From: Azolla caroliniana
Taxonomy: Eukaryota > Plantae > Polypodiophyta
Length of the DNA stretch: 64,000 nucleotides
Reading direction: 5' to 3'
Assembly: GCA_043228905.1 (NCBI GenBank)
Contig: JBHGNT010000005.1
Span: 23,250,001 to 23,314,000, forward strand
The position numbers and the translations under genes are program-made. Of the stretch, positions 48,259-61,710 are shown piece by piece. Numbering within the stretch: position 1 is the first letter of the stretch; each line of letters starts with the position of its first letter. Below the pieces are notes generated by a model. It was not told the DNA's origin. It saw only the letters and a list, made by a program, of their open reading frames with translations, and ran no database searches.

Positions 48259-48752
48259 TCGAGTGCCTCCAAGTGCATAAACAACCATTGACTTGTCACT
48301 TATTTGGTTGTTTATGCACTGAACCGAACCGAACCGTTGCCGATTGTTATCGAGTGCCTCCAAGTGCATAAACAACCATTGACTTGTCACTTATTTGAGA
48401 GCATGCACAAAAATGGTTAGCATTATACTTCTTTAAAATGAAAAAGTTAAAAATTAAAAATTTGACCTATGTGGAAAACCGAAACCGAACCACGAAACCG
48501 TGGGTTTTACGGTCTAATGGTTTAACAGTTTGAAAAATGGTTAACGGTTCGGTTTAACAGTTTCGCGGTTTGGTTTGGTTCAGGTTTCAAAAAAAAATTA
48601 ACGGTTCGGTTTGGACCCTCTCAAACTGAACCGAACCAAACCATTGCCGATTGTTATCGAGTGCCTCCAAGTGCATAAACAACCATTGACTTGTCACTTA
48701 TTTGAGAGCATGCACAAAAATGGTTAGCATTATACTTCTTTAAAATGAAAAA
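48259..48752. repeat. Tandem re-duplications of the MITE right end plus flank
   Basis: The right TIR plus flank TCGAGTGCCTCCAAGTGCATAAACAACC... occurs three times (48259, 48350, 48657). Confidence 0.85.
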
Positions 48753-51700
48753 CTTGGTTCAATCTCTTTCCAAGTCTAAATTGACTACTTTTATTGTTCA
48801 TAACCACTTTAGTTAACATTAAATAATACAACGATTGTGGACTTAATATTTCCAATATTTTATTGGTTTAGACAATAAATTGATTGATTTACCCATAGAA
48901 ATGGTGACATAAACTGATTAGTTGTTTGAAAACGAAGTTGTGACAAAATCGAAGCATTTGAACTTGAAGTTGAGAAATCCAATCATTAAAGTCAAATGAA
49001 TGATTAATACGGACAAAAGTAAGAATTCTATTCTAACAAATAACAATTGCTTAATAACTTTGTTTTTGAACAATTAACAAATCATGCATTTTGAGTTTTC
49101 TTGCACATTGCATTAGAGGTTTAAACTTTTTAGTGGTAATAAATAACTATAAATAATTCGAGGCCTTCTTTTTCTGAGCATCTACAAACATTTGTTGATG
49201 GATTTGCAAACATAATGGAGAATTGTATAGTAGCTTAATTTGAAGATGTGAACTTTTCCATGGATTGTGAGATTTTAATAGTTTTATTTGATCCCAAAAT
49301 GGGGCTAACCAACCCATGGCAAGGACTTATTGCAGAATCCCTTCAACTTTAGTCACATGTGACTCCCGTGAGCCGATTGTGGTTTGTGTTATTAAATAAT
49401 TGTGCTCAAAAAGTTCTAAACAAATCATTATAGAAATAATAGGACTGAGAATTCCAACATACGTACACATGCATGGTACCGACAAATTGTTTTATTTAAA
49501 ATTGATTCCATCTTGATATTCATAGCATGCTAGAGTGCTTGACACATTTGCTATTGGCCAAATATCCATAGTATGCACATTAGTCGTACATGAGTGTGTA
49601 TCTACCATGGTTTATTGTCTCACCCTTGCTTTATATATAGGTAAACAAACTTGATTGTTAAAATTCATTGATCTCAACAATTTATGAACAAAATTCAGGA
49701 AAAATTTACACAAACATGTTTATTGAGAGAGGAAGTAAAAAAACATGGGCCATTATTCTTCTATGATTGAAGAAGACAAGGATGTGATTTTAACAAAACA
49801 ATCCATAGAAGAGCACACACTTGGCAAATATTCATGCTCTCCATCTATTCAATATTAGATTCAGTTGAATCGTTCATGTGATCATTGTCTTTGATATCTT
49901 ATTTTGTACATATCCCCACGAGCCACCAAGTAGAAGTTATTACCTTGAGTGAGTGGTGGATTTTGTGAGTAGGGGTATTTTTATATATGTATAGAAGAAG
50001 GTAGAACCAATTTTAACTCCTCAAATATTATGCCCCAACAACAATGTGTTGTTTTTAAATCTCATCCCAATATTGTACATGGGTTGTAATTATGTATGTA
50101 TAGCTGACATAAACGTGCGTTAGTATAGTCATGTTACCCGGATAATGTTGTTAGAAAAGAGTTAGGGTAAAATAGCGTTTATTTCAATTTTGCTTGAGTT
50201 AAGGATCGGTTGAGTTTTTTTGTTGTTTTTGTTTGATAGTTTTGGAGTTGTTTCTCCAAGTTGTCTATGTTGATCCCATTGTGGATTTGGACAAACTTTG
50301 TTGTATTCTATTTGCTAACTAATGCGAAGTAGTGGTTTTTGGAATATATATATATATATAAAAACAAAAACACATATGTCCCTCCCATGGGTGATATTTA
50401 TGCTCTCCTTCTAAGTTTACCTTTTCATCGACATATATTCTCACTCAAACAACCCGCTCTTGTTATGACCACAATTGATAAGACCTCACTTTTTCTTCTC
50501 CAAACTATCAACAAGCTTCATTGTCAAAGAATCCAACTATTTCTTGGATGGTCATCTTCTAATGTAATCATTGTTATTGTTTTGTTCCCATGCTTCAAAA
50601 TTTGTCTCTTCTTCACTTAGACTCACAAAGGCATTACAATCAACCTATATTGAAGGAGTTTGCAAGATATTTAAGTGTCAATTCCTTTACATCATAAGAT
50701 AATACTTGATGAACATCAAACTCAACATTATGCAATGTCTATTAGAAAGTAAAAATTGAACATTGTATCCCAAAGTTTTTGCTCCATGATGTCCTTCAAA
50801 TTTGTTGATGTAGTTCTTGTTTGGACCCCTTATTCTCCAAGTGGCAAGCAAAAATTGGTTTTTGTGGTGGTAATTGAATTATGCCAATCAATATGTGGAA
50901 TATTTGACCCTTTCACCACTTTTCTCTATAGATTAAATCATTCACATTAGGTTGATAAGGCGAGGGAAAAACTTCCGACATAAATGATGCATAGAGGCGA
51001 CTCCTCAAGAAACGTATTCTCTCAAGCATTCTCCTCTCTGGCTGCTCTACGCCTCTTTTGAATTGACTCATTTCAATGATGGTAATCAACATGGGATGGG
51101 GAGGGTGAGCTAGATAAACTAACATAAAAGCTTATTTTTATGCAAGTGTCCTTTTGGTAATCTCAACTTGGCTATCATATACATTGAGGAGGAAATATAT
51201 GAGATCCACTTTGCGTAAACTAGGATAAGAGGATGATGAAACAAAATTTTAAAAGCATCATTTCACGTCAAAATTACAACAGACTATTTGAATGGGCCAT
51301 TTCAAGGAACGAGAGGTGATAACCGGTAGAACAAAGATTTGGGGGGGGGGGGGGGGTTATCCAAACAAACACAAAAGTTCGAATCTTGGTGAGGAACGTA
51401 GCATTCAACGACAAAAGTGGGCAAATCAGTTGGTATTTCTATTTTGAGACATATGTAGCATTTGTTCTTTCCACTACGGGTATGCAGATTTGGAATCTGC
51501 TTCTAGATAGTTAGAGTCATGGGAGGGGTTCAAACAAAGACATTAATGAAAGTATTTTGAGATATATCTCTAATGAAGCGAATACACCAAAGGTTCTAGA
51601 ACACTCTAACATTGACACATATTTCTCTATTTCCTTCTTAATCGAACACAAACATCCTTTGTTGTCTTTGATGTTTTGTCCATATAAAAAAGAGTGTATG

Positions 51701-51857
51701 TATATATTGTGGTTTTTTAAACCTTGAATCCTTATGAGTATCATGCTCTCCCATGTTTGAATACTTGACTACCCATTCGAATGGGAAACCCCACGAATGC
51801 GAATATGTCAATCTATGATATGGCTATAGAACAAGCAATTTTATTATGAAGAAGACT

Positions 51858-51865
51858 TGTCAGGA

Positions 51866-51897
<32 letters not shown>

Positions 51898-51937
51898 TAC
51901 CTGAAACTGGCGCCTTAGACCGCTCGGCCATCCTGAC
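51858..51937 (-). tRNA. trnL-CAG: tRNA-Leu(CAG), identical to 44918-44997
   Basis: Exact reverse complement of the first copy. Confidence 0.97.
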
Positions 51938-51986
51938 TTCGATTCTATCAAATAATAGAAGTAACAATGAGAGAGAAAAATATAAG

Positions 51987-52068
51987 AAGAATGGACGGGC
52001 CGAATATGTAATAAATAAGAACAAATAAAGAATGGACGGGCCAAATATGTAATAAATAAGAACAAATA
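51987..52068. repeat. 2 x 41-bp direct repeat between the tRNA and the TM9SF start
   Basis: AAGAATGGACGGGCC(G/A)AATATGTAATAAATAAGAACAAATA, twice. Confidence 0.85.
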
Positions 52069-52186
52069 AAGAAACCCATAAACAAAACAAAACGAAGCAG
52101 AAGAAGAAGAAAACACAGAGAAAGATAAGCCGTAGCAGGAGCTGCAGAAGAAGAAGAAGAAGAAGAAGCAGCAGCGGGGTTGGGCT

Positions 52187-55100
52187 ATGGCGATCCGTGC
52201 TCTCCCTGCGGCTTCTGCACTCTTCCTTCTCTTCCTCACCTTTGCAACATGGTTCTCTCCTTCGCTCGCTTCTTCATCCGACCACAAGTACGCGAAAGGG
52301 GACCTCGTCCCTCTGTACGTCAACAAAATCGGTCCCTTTCAGAATCCCACGTATGTCCCCTCTCTACCTCTCTCTCGATCTCTCACATATACACACTCTC
52401 ACACACAGAAACAATTACAGATCTACTCTTTTGTGACATCCTGAACGTATGAAATTGTTGAAAAGCATACATTTTTGATCTTCCTCGAACGGTATTCTGG
52501 AAAAACGAAACAATGAGACGTAAAAAATACCTGCCTTTCTCTGAAATCCTGACCAGATGTGCTCGTTGGAATATTATGTCTTGATCGTTTTAGAATAATG
52601 TTTCAGAAAGCGAAGCCTTGATGAAATCCTAAGATATGCTTGTTCTTTATAAAATACGCCTTATTTTGGTTAGACCTTTGTTCTTGGAAAACTACATTTT
52701 TATGAAAGTCAAATCTATTGTATTTGTTAAAAAATTATATCTTGATCTGGTTAGAAATATGATGTAGAATTCTTTTGTATATTAGCAGATCTAGTCTCAA
52801 ACTTTCACTGACCTCTCAGAAATTGACTATACTGGATCACAATGGACTATAATGTATGTGTTTCTTGTGCTAGGTTTCTTAAGTTTGGTTGATCTATATG
52901 CTTTTGCTGCTAAAGGTTTCTTAGGTTCTAGGTTATGTTGGCCTCTGTGTTTTGCATGATTAGTGAAGCTAATCAAGCTGCCTATACTGCCTAATCCGAG
53001 TTATTTTAACAGTTAAAGGTAAATTATACAAGGACTATGCATATGTACTTCTGGTGCCAAGGTTTCTTAGGTTTGTTGATCTATGAGATTTTGCATCAGT
53101 AATGAAGCTAGTCAAGCTTCCTGTATTGTGAAATGTATGTTAATTGTAATATTTAAAATAAAATATGCAGTTATATGCATTCTGGATCACGATGAATTAT
53201 ATTTTTGCTCTTCTGAATGTGCTTTTTCATCAGTAATGAATCAAATCAAACTCTTATATATATGCAGTTGAATAACATATTTTCTGCTTACTTGAACGTT
53301 GAGGTTATTATAGTCCTCTCAAGGAGAAATTGTCCATTTCTTTCAATATTTTCTGCATTCTGAAACCATCCAAATGATACTCACATCTTTTGCTGCGCAT
53401 GATGCAGTGAAACCTACAGATACTTTAACCTTCCTTTTTGCCCCCCTGGTATGTGTATGGTTCCTTTTTAGAGCATTTATTGATTGGTTATCAATGCATG
53501 GAATTCTATGCAAAGCGTAACTACTATTTATCTCATTTGCATAGATCAAGTGACGGACAAAAAAGAAGCTCTTGGAGAGCTTCTCAATGGTGATCGCATG
53601 GTCCAATCAAACTATCAGTTGAATTTCAGAGTGGATAAGCAACTTGAATCTATATGCAAGAAAACACTTAGCAAAGAAGAAGTACTTAAATTCCAGGATG
53701 CGGTGAAACAAGATTACTATTTCCAGATGTACTATGATGACCTTCCCCTATGGGGATTCATTGGGAGACTTGGTGAAACTGAGATGAAGTACTATCTATT
53801 TACGCATATCCTATTTGAGGTTCTCTACAATGAAGACAGAGTTATAGAAATCAGCATCGTTTCAGATAAAAATCACGTTGTGGACATAACAGATGAAAAG
53901 GAGGTAGAAGTGGACTTTAAGTATTCTGTCAAGTGGAAGGAAACAGATAAACCGTTTGAGAAGCGTATGGAGAAATATTCAAAGTATTCATTCTTGCCTC
54001 AACACCTTGAGATCCATTGGTTCTCTATCATCAATTCTTGTGTTACAGTGCTTCTCCTTACTGGATTTCTTGCCACAATTCTAATGCGAGTATTGAAAAA
54101 TGATTTCATCAAGTAAGGATGCTATCTATTTTAACGTTTTCTTTTCCCCACAGAGTTTTATGTTTATTTTCTAAGTATTCCAAAGAGATTGAATTATCAA
54201 TTAACTATTTAGGTATACTCGGGATGATGAAGCTGCAGAGGAGCAGGAAGAAACTGGATGGAAATATATTCATGGAGATGTTTTTAGATATCCTTCAAAT
54301 AAGTCACTTTTTTGCGCCGTGCTAGGAAGTGGCACACAGTTGCTTACTCTGTGAGTAATATATTCTTTTGGGAAATATAAAAAATGCCCGTCATATCAAT
54401 GATAGTATTTTCATTAATATCAAAGTATTCGTGGTAAAAAAATATCCCTCAAAGTTTCCTGTCTAAAATACATTCCGTAACAGAGCAAGAAAAATATTGT
54501 TATTTCTGAAAATTCAAAAAATGATGATGATGTTAGGCCATATCTGAAGGGCAATTTTGTGTAATTAATCTCTTAAAGTTTTTAATGCCATTTTGATTTT
54601 ATTTTTGCAGCACCATGTTTATCTTCATGCTAGCTCTAGTCGGTGTTTTCTATCCCTACAACCGAGGTGCACTCTACACAGCTCTTGTTATCATCTATGC
54701 CCTTACCTCAGGGATTGCAGGTTACAGTGCTGCATCTTTCTATCACCAGATTGAAGGAACCAACTGGGTTAGTGTTTAGTGCTAAGAAGGATATATTTTT
54801 ATTATGCAATCATTAACAATTTAATTTTAACATCTAAGGGAAAAACTTTAAAAGACTTTGAAATATCCCTGTGTTTCTCTTTATTCACCAAATCCCCCCT
54901 AATTTCCCCATCGGCAGTTGGTTAACTCCTGAAAGAGAAACGATTTGTGCAATTTGAGTAATTATATGTCTTAAATAATTTTAGTAATCATATAGTCAAT
55001 TTATCACTTTTTTCTCTCATTCAAAGGTTGCCCCCTTGAATTTGGAGGCATAATGATAATTCAGGGGCATTCAAAATGTTTTACCGAGCATTTACTTCTG

Positions 55101-56454
55101 GGTAATGTTTTGATACCATTTTGTATACCTCTTTCCAGGTGCGCAATTTGCTTCTCACAGGATGCTTATTTTGTGGTCCATTGTTCTTGACATTCTGTTT
55201 CCTGAATAGCGTGGCCATTGCTTACAACTCTACTGCAGCGTTGCCTTTTGGCACCATTGTTGTTATCCTTCTTATTTGGGCCTTAGTGACATCACCACTT
55301 CTTGTTCTGGGAGGGATTGCTGGAAAGAATAGCAAAGCTGAATTTCAAGCTCCTTGTCGCACAACAAAATTTCCTAGGGAAATTCCTGAGTTACCCTGGT
55401 ATAGAGGGACAATACCACAAATGGTTATGGCAGGGTTTTTACCTTTCAGTGCCATCTATATTGAGCTGTACTACATCTTTGCAAGTGTTTGGGGGCACAA
55501 AGTGTACACAATCTATAGCATCCTTTTCATTGTGTTCATCATCCTGATTATTGTCACTGCCTTTATTACCATTGCTCTAACATATTTTCAACTTGCTGTG
55601 GAGGATCACAAGTGGTGGTGGAGGTAACTATTTCTGTTCTTGAATGGTTTGGCTGCTTTGATTTTTATCTGTACTTTATTACAATCACATTTGGACAGCA
55701 ACATTCCTGTCAAAGCTGATAAACAACTGAATGTAAGGTTTGGGTTTTATTTTCGAGAAAAGATACCATAATGTGGTGGCAGTAAAAACTTTGAAGACCT
55801 AGGCTTTTAACCTGACAAACAACTGAAAGGGAAGTTATTCTCAACATTTTCCCCTCGTAATCTCAAATAAAGAGTGAACAAGTGAAAGAGAAGTTTAGTA
55901 TCTATGCTACAATTTTGAAATTTCTGTCATTTGGTTATGGTTTTAGGAATAACTCTGAAATACGTTGAGTTTTTTGCCTTATTTCCTCAAATGACCCGTT
56001 CAACCATCAAATAGGATAAGAAGGGAGGGAATTGACCATACAACTGCGCAAATAGTACATGTGATTGCTCTAGGTGGGGTTGACCAACGGCATTTTGGGA
56101 AAGAAACACTTGGGTGTTTTTTAGATTTCTTGCTATGGTTTTCAAATAGTGTGAAGAAAAATTTGTTCTACTGGTTACAGCTTTTATAGAATTCAAATAG
56201 GGATATCTGATATCTACGGATCTTAATGTTGCAGGTCTGTTTTGTGTGGAGGCTCAACAGGTGTCTTCATCTTTGGCTACTGTTTTTATTACTACTTTGC
56301 GCGCTCGGATATGACTGGTTTCATGCAAACATCCTTTTATTTTGGCTACATGGCTTGCATATGCTTTGGTTTTTTCCTGATGCTTGGAGCAGTAGGTTTT
56401 AGAGCATCACTCTTTTTTGTTCGCCATATATATCGATCTATCAAGTGTGAGTGA
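52187..56454 (+). CDS. TMN: Transmembrane 9 superfamily (EMP70/nonaspanin, TM9SF1-like) protein, 590 aa, 7 exons
   Basis: Exons 52187-52350, 53408-53448, 53545-54112, 54213-54350, 54611-54767, 55139-55623, 56235-56454 (all GT-AG; 1773 nt in frame). Signal peptide, NKIGPFQNPTETYRY..LPFC, EIHWFSIINS, EETGWKYIHGDVFR, C-terminal KCE (KxD/E Golgi motif). Confidence 0.96.
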
Positions 56455-58014
56455 AGGGATTGTTCTTTTAATATACATATATAAAATATACCCCAAGGAG
56501 ATTGTTGATTTCGCTTTGGTGTTTGTATGAATCTAACTCCTAACACTAAAGTCATTGAGTCAGTACTATTTTGGTAGTGGAAATTTAAGTTTGTATTCTT
56601 TTAATTTCTTATATATTTATTCATGGAAAATTTTAAAGATTTATTATTTTATTGTTCTATTTCATGTTCCTTAGGGTTGAATACTTTTTCTAATACCTAG
56701 AGTCTATACTCGTGCGCACATGTTATGTGAATTTAAAGTTAGAGATGTGAGGTTTTTGGGCTTCTCGGGTTTGCTGTACAACTTCCGAGTATGATATCCA
56801 AGCAGCATTTTTTCTTGGTCTAGTCTATACCATTTGAACAACATTGGGTTTGTGAAGGATACCTGTGGAGGATACAGATAGATAATCTGGAAGGGATGAT
56901 GTTCTTATAGCACGATAAGAAGAACTAGAAATAGAAGGAAACATGTTAGGGGTGCCATGTAAGGACCCATTCCTCTTTATTGAGTGACTAGTTAAATTAT
57001 TATTAGTGTACGTATTTGCTCATCATTTCTTGTTGCAGTTACATAATTCGTTTGGCTGTATAGAGTGGTCAATATGATATGAGAAAGACATAATGGTGAT
57101 GATACACAAACAACTCTAGCTTTGCATAACGAAACTTGACATGCATACGAATAATGTTGAAACCTTACTACAGTTGTGTTTGGACATCTTTTTATTGGTC
57201 TGTTTTTCAGGAGTTCTTGTTGTAATAATGCTTGTAGTGTGAACATGATTGTGTCTTTTCATTACACAAAAAACAGACACTTGGTTGCTTGAATGAGGGC
57301 TAGTAAAAATCTTTTCCACAGCCAATTTGTATCAAACTTAAAAGGGTTGAGTTTTGAGTGAATTTATTTAATCCAAGACTTGCTGCATAGATTTTATTGG
57401 CATCAGAAACTGTTCATTCACATGACGGTGCCAACAGTTTCACATTGAACTTAAAGCTTACATTTGTGGATGCGCTCTACAAAAAGCATACAAATGTGCA
57501 AAGAGCCTACTGACTGGACAAGGAACCATTGTATAAACATGTATGTAATAAAATGATACAAAAGTGCAAAGAGCCAGCCTACTGATTGGACAAGGAATCA
57601 TTGTGCAATCATTACAAGTTTAACAAGTTGTTGAGTTATCCTAGGCACAAAAGTAACCAAAACTTGGGCATGTACAATGTTTGTGCATATAATTGTGTTG
57701 GGTTGAAGACAACTCGCACAAATGAAATGATAGCAATGATGTTACTTCCCATATGAAGTCACCACGAGGTAGGCTATAGTGGTGTAAATGTGTGTATGTG
57801 AGAAAGCGAGAGGCTTTAGATCATGTGGGTTCTTGATTCTGATGTGAGTGGAGTAATTAACTAAGTAAAAATGGTGTAGCTTTATAGAGAAAGAAAGAGG
57901 GAACTCCTGGTTTTCAAAATGATGATGAAGTGGAGTAGAAGGCAAAGGATAAGAGAGTGGTTTTATATAAGATCAAGAGAGGTATTGGAAGTGATGAATG
58001 AAGTATAGAATAGA

Positions 58015-60502
58015 ATGGGTGGCCATGCAAACGTAGTGATGGTTACAGTTCTTGTGTGGATGGGAATGGTGGAATCAGGGGGGAGTACAAAATGCATGAT
58101 GGTGGCACCACCGCCGAAAGTGGCGGCAATGGAGGCATTGACACAACGATTTCCTTCCACCACGTTCACTCGCGCAGTTGAGAGGTGGTGGTCTCCCCAT
58201 CACCAAAACCTCTCTCACAATCACCTAGATATCTCCCTCTCCCTTGACAATCACTCCGCGCCTTCTCCTTTTAAGTCTTCATCTTCTAGTTTCAAAGGTT
58301 TGTTTTTATTAGATTGCTTTGCTAATTTGTTTGGTATTTAATGTTTTCTAAATGTAGTAGAGGATGCACATGCTTATGTTTCTATGATCATTGTTACATG
58401 AAAAACCTTGAAGATTAGTAATCTATTTTGCATCAAGTGGATAAAATTGCTTTTGAGATAGATCTTGTGTTGGAGTTCTCTGAGGCCTGATACTGCCGGT
58501 AAAATGTATACGCTGAGGACAATGTGATGCAATGCACCAAGCATGATAAAATTCTGTATAAGGTAGAGGGTTAGGAAGAGAAGAATTAATAGTAGATTAT
58601 ACTAAAGATGTCTATTTGCCTCTAAAATAAAAGGATTTACTCAAGTTTTTCAAAATTTGGGCTTAGAGAATGAGTGAAGTGGGCAAAATGACATTGTTGT
58701 TATAAAATGAGCATAAAGAGAGCATTTGCTTATTCTTTAAATGTGAGTGCACACATGTATAAGATTTACGCTGTCTATTTCATGATTAGCAATATACTTT
58801 ACATTTCATACTCATGATTTGTTTGTCGATGCTTGTTATAGGAACGGGCTTCAAAAGCAAGTCAGCATACATCCATGGATTTTTCAACATTGGAATCAAG
58901 CTATCTTCTACACCCTACACCGGAGGCGTTGTCACCAACTTTTATGTAAGTTTTTTATCCCATCATATAAAATTATACATTTATTAGAAACTCATATGTT
59001 TAATGTATTATGTAGCCTTTATTTTAAAATACAACTCTAGTAAAAGTTTTTATAGAATCAAGAGAATTCCAAATAGGTGAAACACAAATGCAAATTTGAA
59101 GAACTGCAATTTGGAAAGGTGAAATTAGAAAATCCATAAAACATGTACCAAGCATGCTATGTTCTTTCACACTCATTACACGATAATATAACCTTTCGTA
59201 AACAATAGGTGGATGCATAAAGTAGGAGTTGAAACTTTAGGAATTGTGATAGCATGCATGACATATAATACACCTTGGTATCCCAAAACCCTGCTGACCC
59301 CATGTGCCCCTCATATGTACAAGTCTATTAGAACATATAGAACAAAACCCTTATTGTATATATTAATGCCTTACTCATGGTAAATGCCCCAATGTAGACT
59401 CGTACAATTATAGTTTTGAATTCTTTAGTTTTGTCAACCATGTTATAGTCGTACTTGATACCAATCCATGTTAAAATTGTATAGCTCCGTTAACACTTTG
59501 AAAATCACACTGGGTTTTTTTATTAATAAGTTTCAATGTAAGTCTCATATAACTGTTTTGTGGATTTCATCTAAAGGTGAGAGTCTAACTAGAAAACGTT
59601 GATAGCTATCAAATCTAGAACTGTATCCAAATGAATGTGATGAAGTCAAGTTTGAGTTCCTAGGAAGGGCATATGGCGAAGAATACATATTGCAAACCAA
59701 TGTATATTCAAATGGGAGCACTGATACAGGAAGAGAGCAAAGGCTGCGTTTATGGTTCGATCCCACTATCGACTTCCACAACTATAGCATCGTTTGGACA
59801 TCTAATCATACAATGTTAGCGACCTTCTCTTTTACCATAGAGTCTAATGTTTTTTTTCACAATTATAGAGTTTAATGTTCAAAGCATTACATGAATATAA
59901 TAAAAGTAATAAACAATTGGTCCTAACATCTTTAGAGTTGGGTAAATGCACTGGCACAAGAGATGAACAATTGTGTCTTCTTGCTAGAAACATAAAACGT
60001 TGCAACTATCATTTGTTGCATTTTGTTGTTTATGTTAGTTTTCTTTATGCGTGGCTGATTTTAGTTTCTTTTTTTTATTTGTTTTAGGCTTTTCATTGAT
60101 GACATACCTATTCGAGAGTTCCCAAGGGCGAACCATGGCCTGAGGAATTATCTCGCCAAACCAATGTCAATATATTCAACAATATATGATGGATCTGATT
60201 GGGCAACTAATGGAGGAAAAGACAAGATCAACTATGCATATGCACCCTTTATAGTTGAATATTCTAACTTCATCCTCAATGGTTGTAGAGCACCATCCAC
60301 CACAATTAATGTAGAACCTTATGTGGTACATTGTGATCATGAATTCACTCTTCTTCCTACAAAACTCACCCATCACCAACATAAAAGCATGAATTGGGTG
60401 CAACATAACTTCATGACTTACAACTATTGTGATGATTATCATCGATATCCAAATAGACTACCCGATTGTCCACAATTATCAATTGAGGAAATCGACCTTT
60501 GA
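58015..60502 (+). CDS. XTH: Xyloglucan endotransglucosylase/hydrolase (GH16 plus XET_C), ~336 aa, 4 exons, atypical catalytic motif
   Basis: Exons 58015-58297 (donor inferred), 58842-58945, 59606-59814, 60088-60502. Motifs [80 protein letters not shown]. Confidence 0.9.
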
Positions 60503-61464
60503 TCTATTCAGTTATAACAAGAAATACTTAGAGTTGAATTATGAATCAAAGATTGAATGTTGTTGGACTTAGATAAGACATGTATGAGTAAAAGCTAATA
60601 TAACATTGAGAAATATCCAATAGAGCTAACAAAGGGACACTCTTGAAATAGTTTAATGAGCTTATCCACCCACAAGAATTAGGATATGATGTATAACTAA
60701 ATACTTATATCCTTAAAAACAAGTGTAGGCATTGAGAATTATTCAATAGATTCTCAAATCCTTTAATCCTTTCCTTCATTTTCTAGGATTCTATGATCCA
60801 AAGCAATGTGTTTGATATCATGTACCACGAATGACATGGTTTCTTATAGTATATGTATTGGAAGTAGGATGTTCTCACATTGTCATTCCATAATGTTTTA
60901 TAAAGAACATGGGTGTCCCAGCTTGGTTTATAAAGTTCTAAGCTCATTAAAGTTTTGTATTTGATGGAAATCATGAATATGGGGTTGTCATGGTAGTTTG
61001 ACACACTAAAATGATAGAACTTTAACAATATATAGAGAAACAAAAAAATCTCTTTCCCCATCATATACGTAATTTACGATAGTACCCTTATTTGTTAATA
61101 AATTCCAAAATACTCCTCACTTTTTGAAATCATCAAAATAGCCCATCTTCCCTCTACATTGTTTTGTCTTAAAACTTTAAAAGTAGTGTATGTATATTAA
61201 AACAACATGATAGTACAAAAACCCTTGTTTCTATTACAATGGTGATGATATTTGGGATGATAAACAATCCATTATTTTGTGGGACGAATTAACATACATG
61301 CAACTCATAAGAGGATGAACAACCAATATAATTCCGTGTATGACCTTAAGAATATACTAGAATTTGAGCCTTATATATAGATAGATATTTTTAGCATCCA
61401 TAGATTTGCCAATATTGTCCCACATGACCTAATTACAAAAATTTTCTTGATGTGTGTCTCCTTC

Positions 61465-61710
61465 CTAAGAAGGAATATTCATACTTCGAAGCACCATGAA
61501 TAAGGCATATACATATGCCTTGTGTGATTGTGTGAGGAGTGTTAGGGCACTATGAATGTTAATACTCATGATAGTAATGAGGTAAGGTTGAATACAATCA
61601 ATAGGCTTTCTTGCCTTATATAGGACCCAACATTTAGGGTTGATGTTTGCAATGTAATCTTCTAATTTTGTCCTTTTAGCATCTTTCCACTTCTTCCTTA
61701 TTGGTTCCAT
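61465..61710 (-). pseudogene. Possible non-LTR retrotransposon ORF2 tail remnant
   Basis: KW...KL..Y.....QPYL......LT...SH pattern resembles LINE C-termini; weak match. Confidence 0.3.

Noticed and set aside
51844-52326. 160-aa minus-strand ORF, and the 69-aa ORF at 44853, sharing SGWPSGLRRQFQVLVRKGVGSNPTPD
   Set aside because: The shared peptide is just the translated tRNA-Leu gene.
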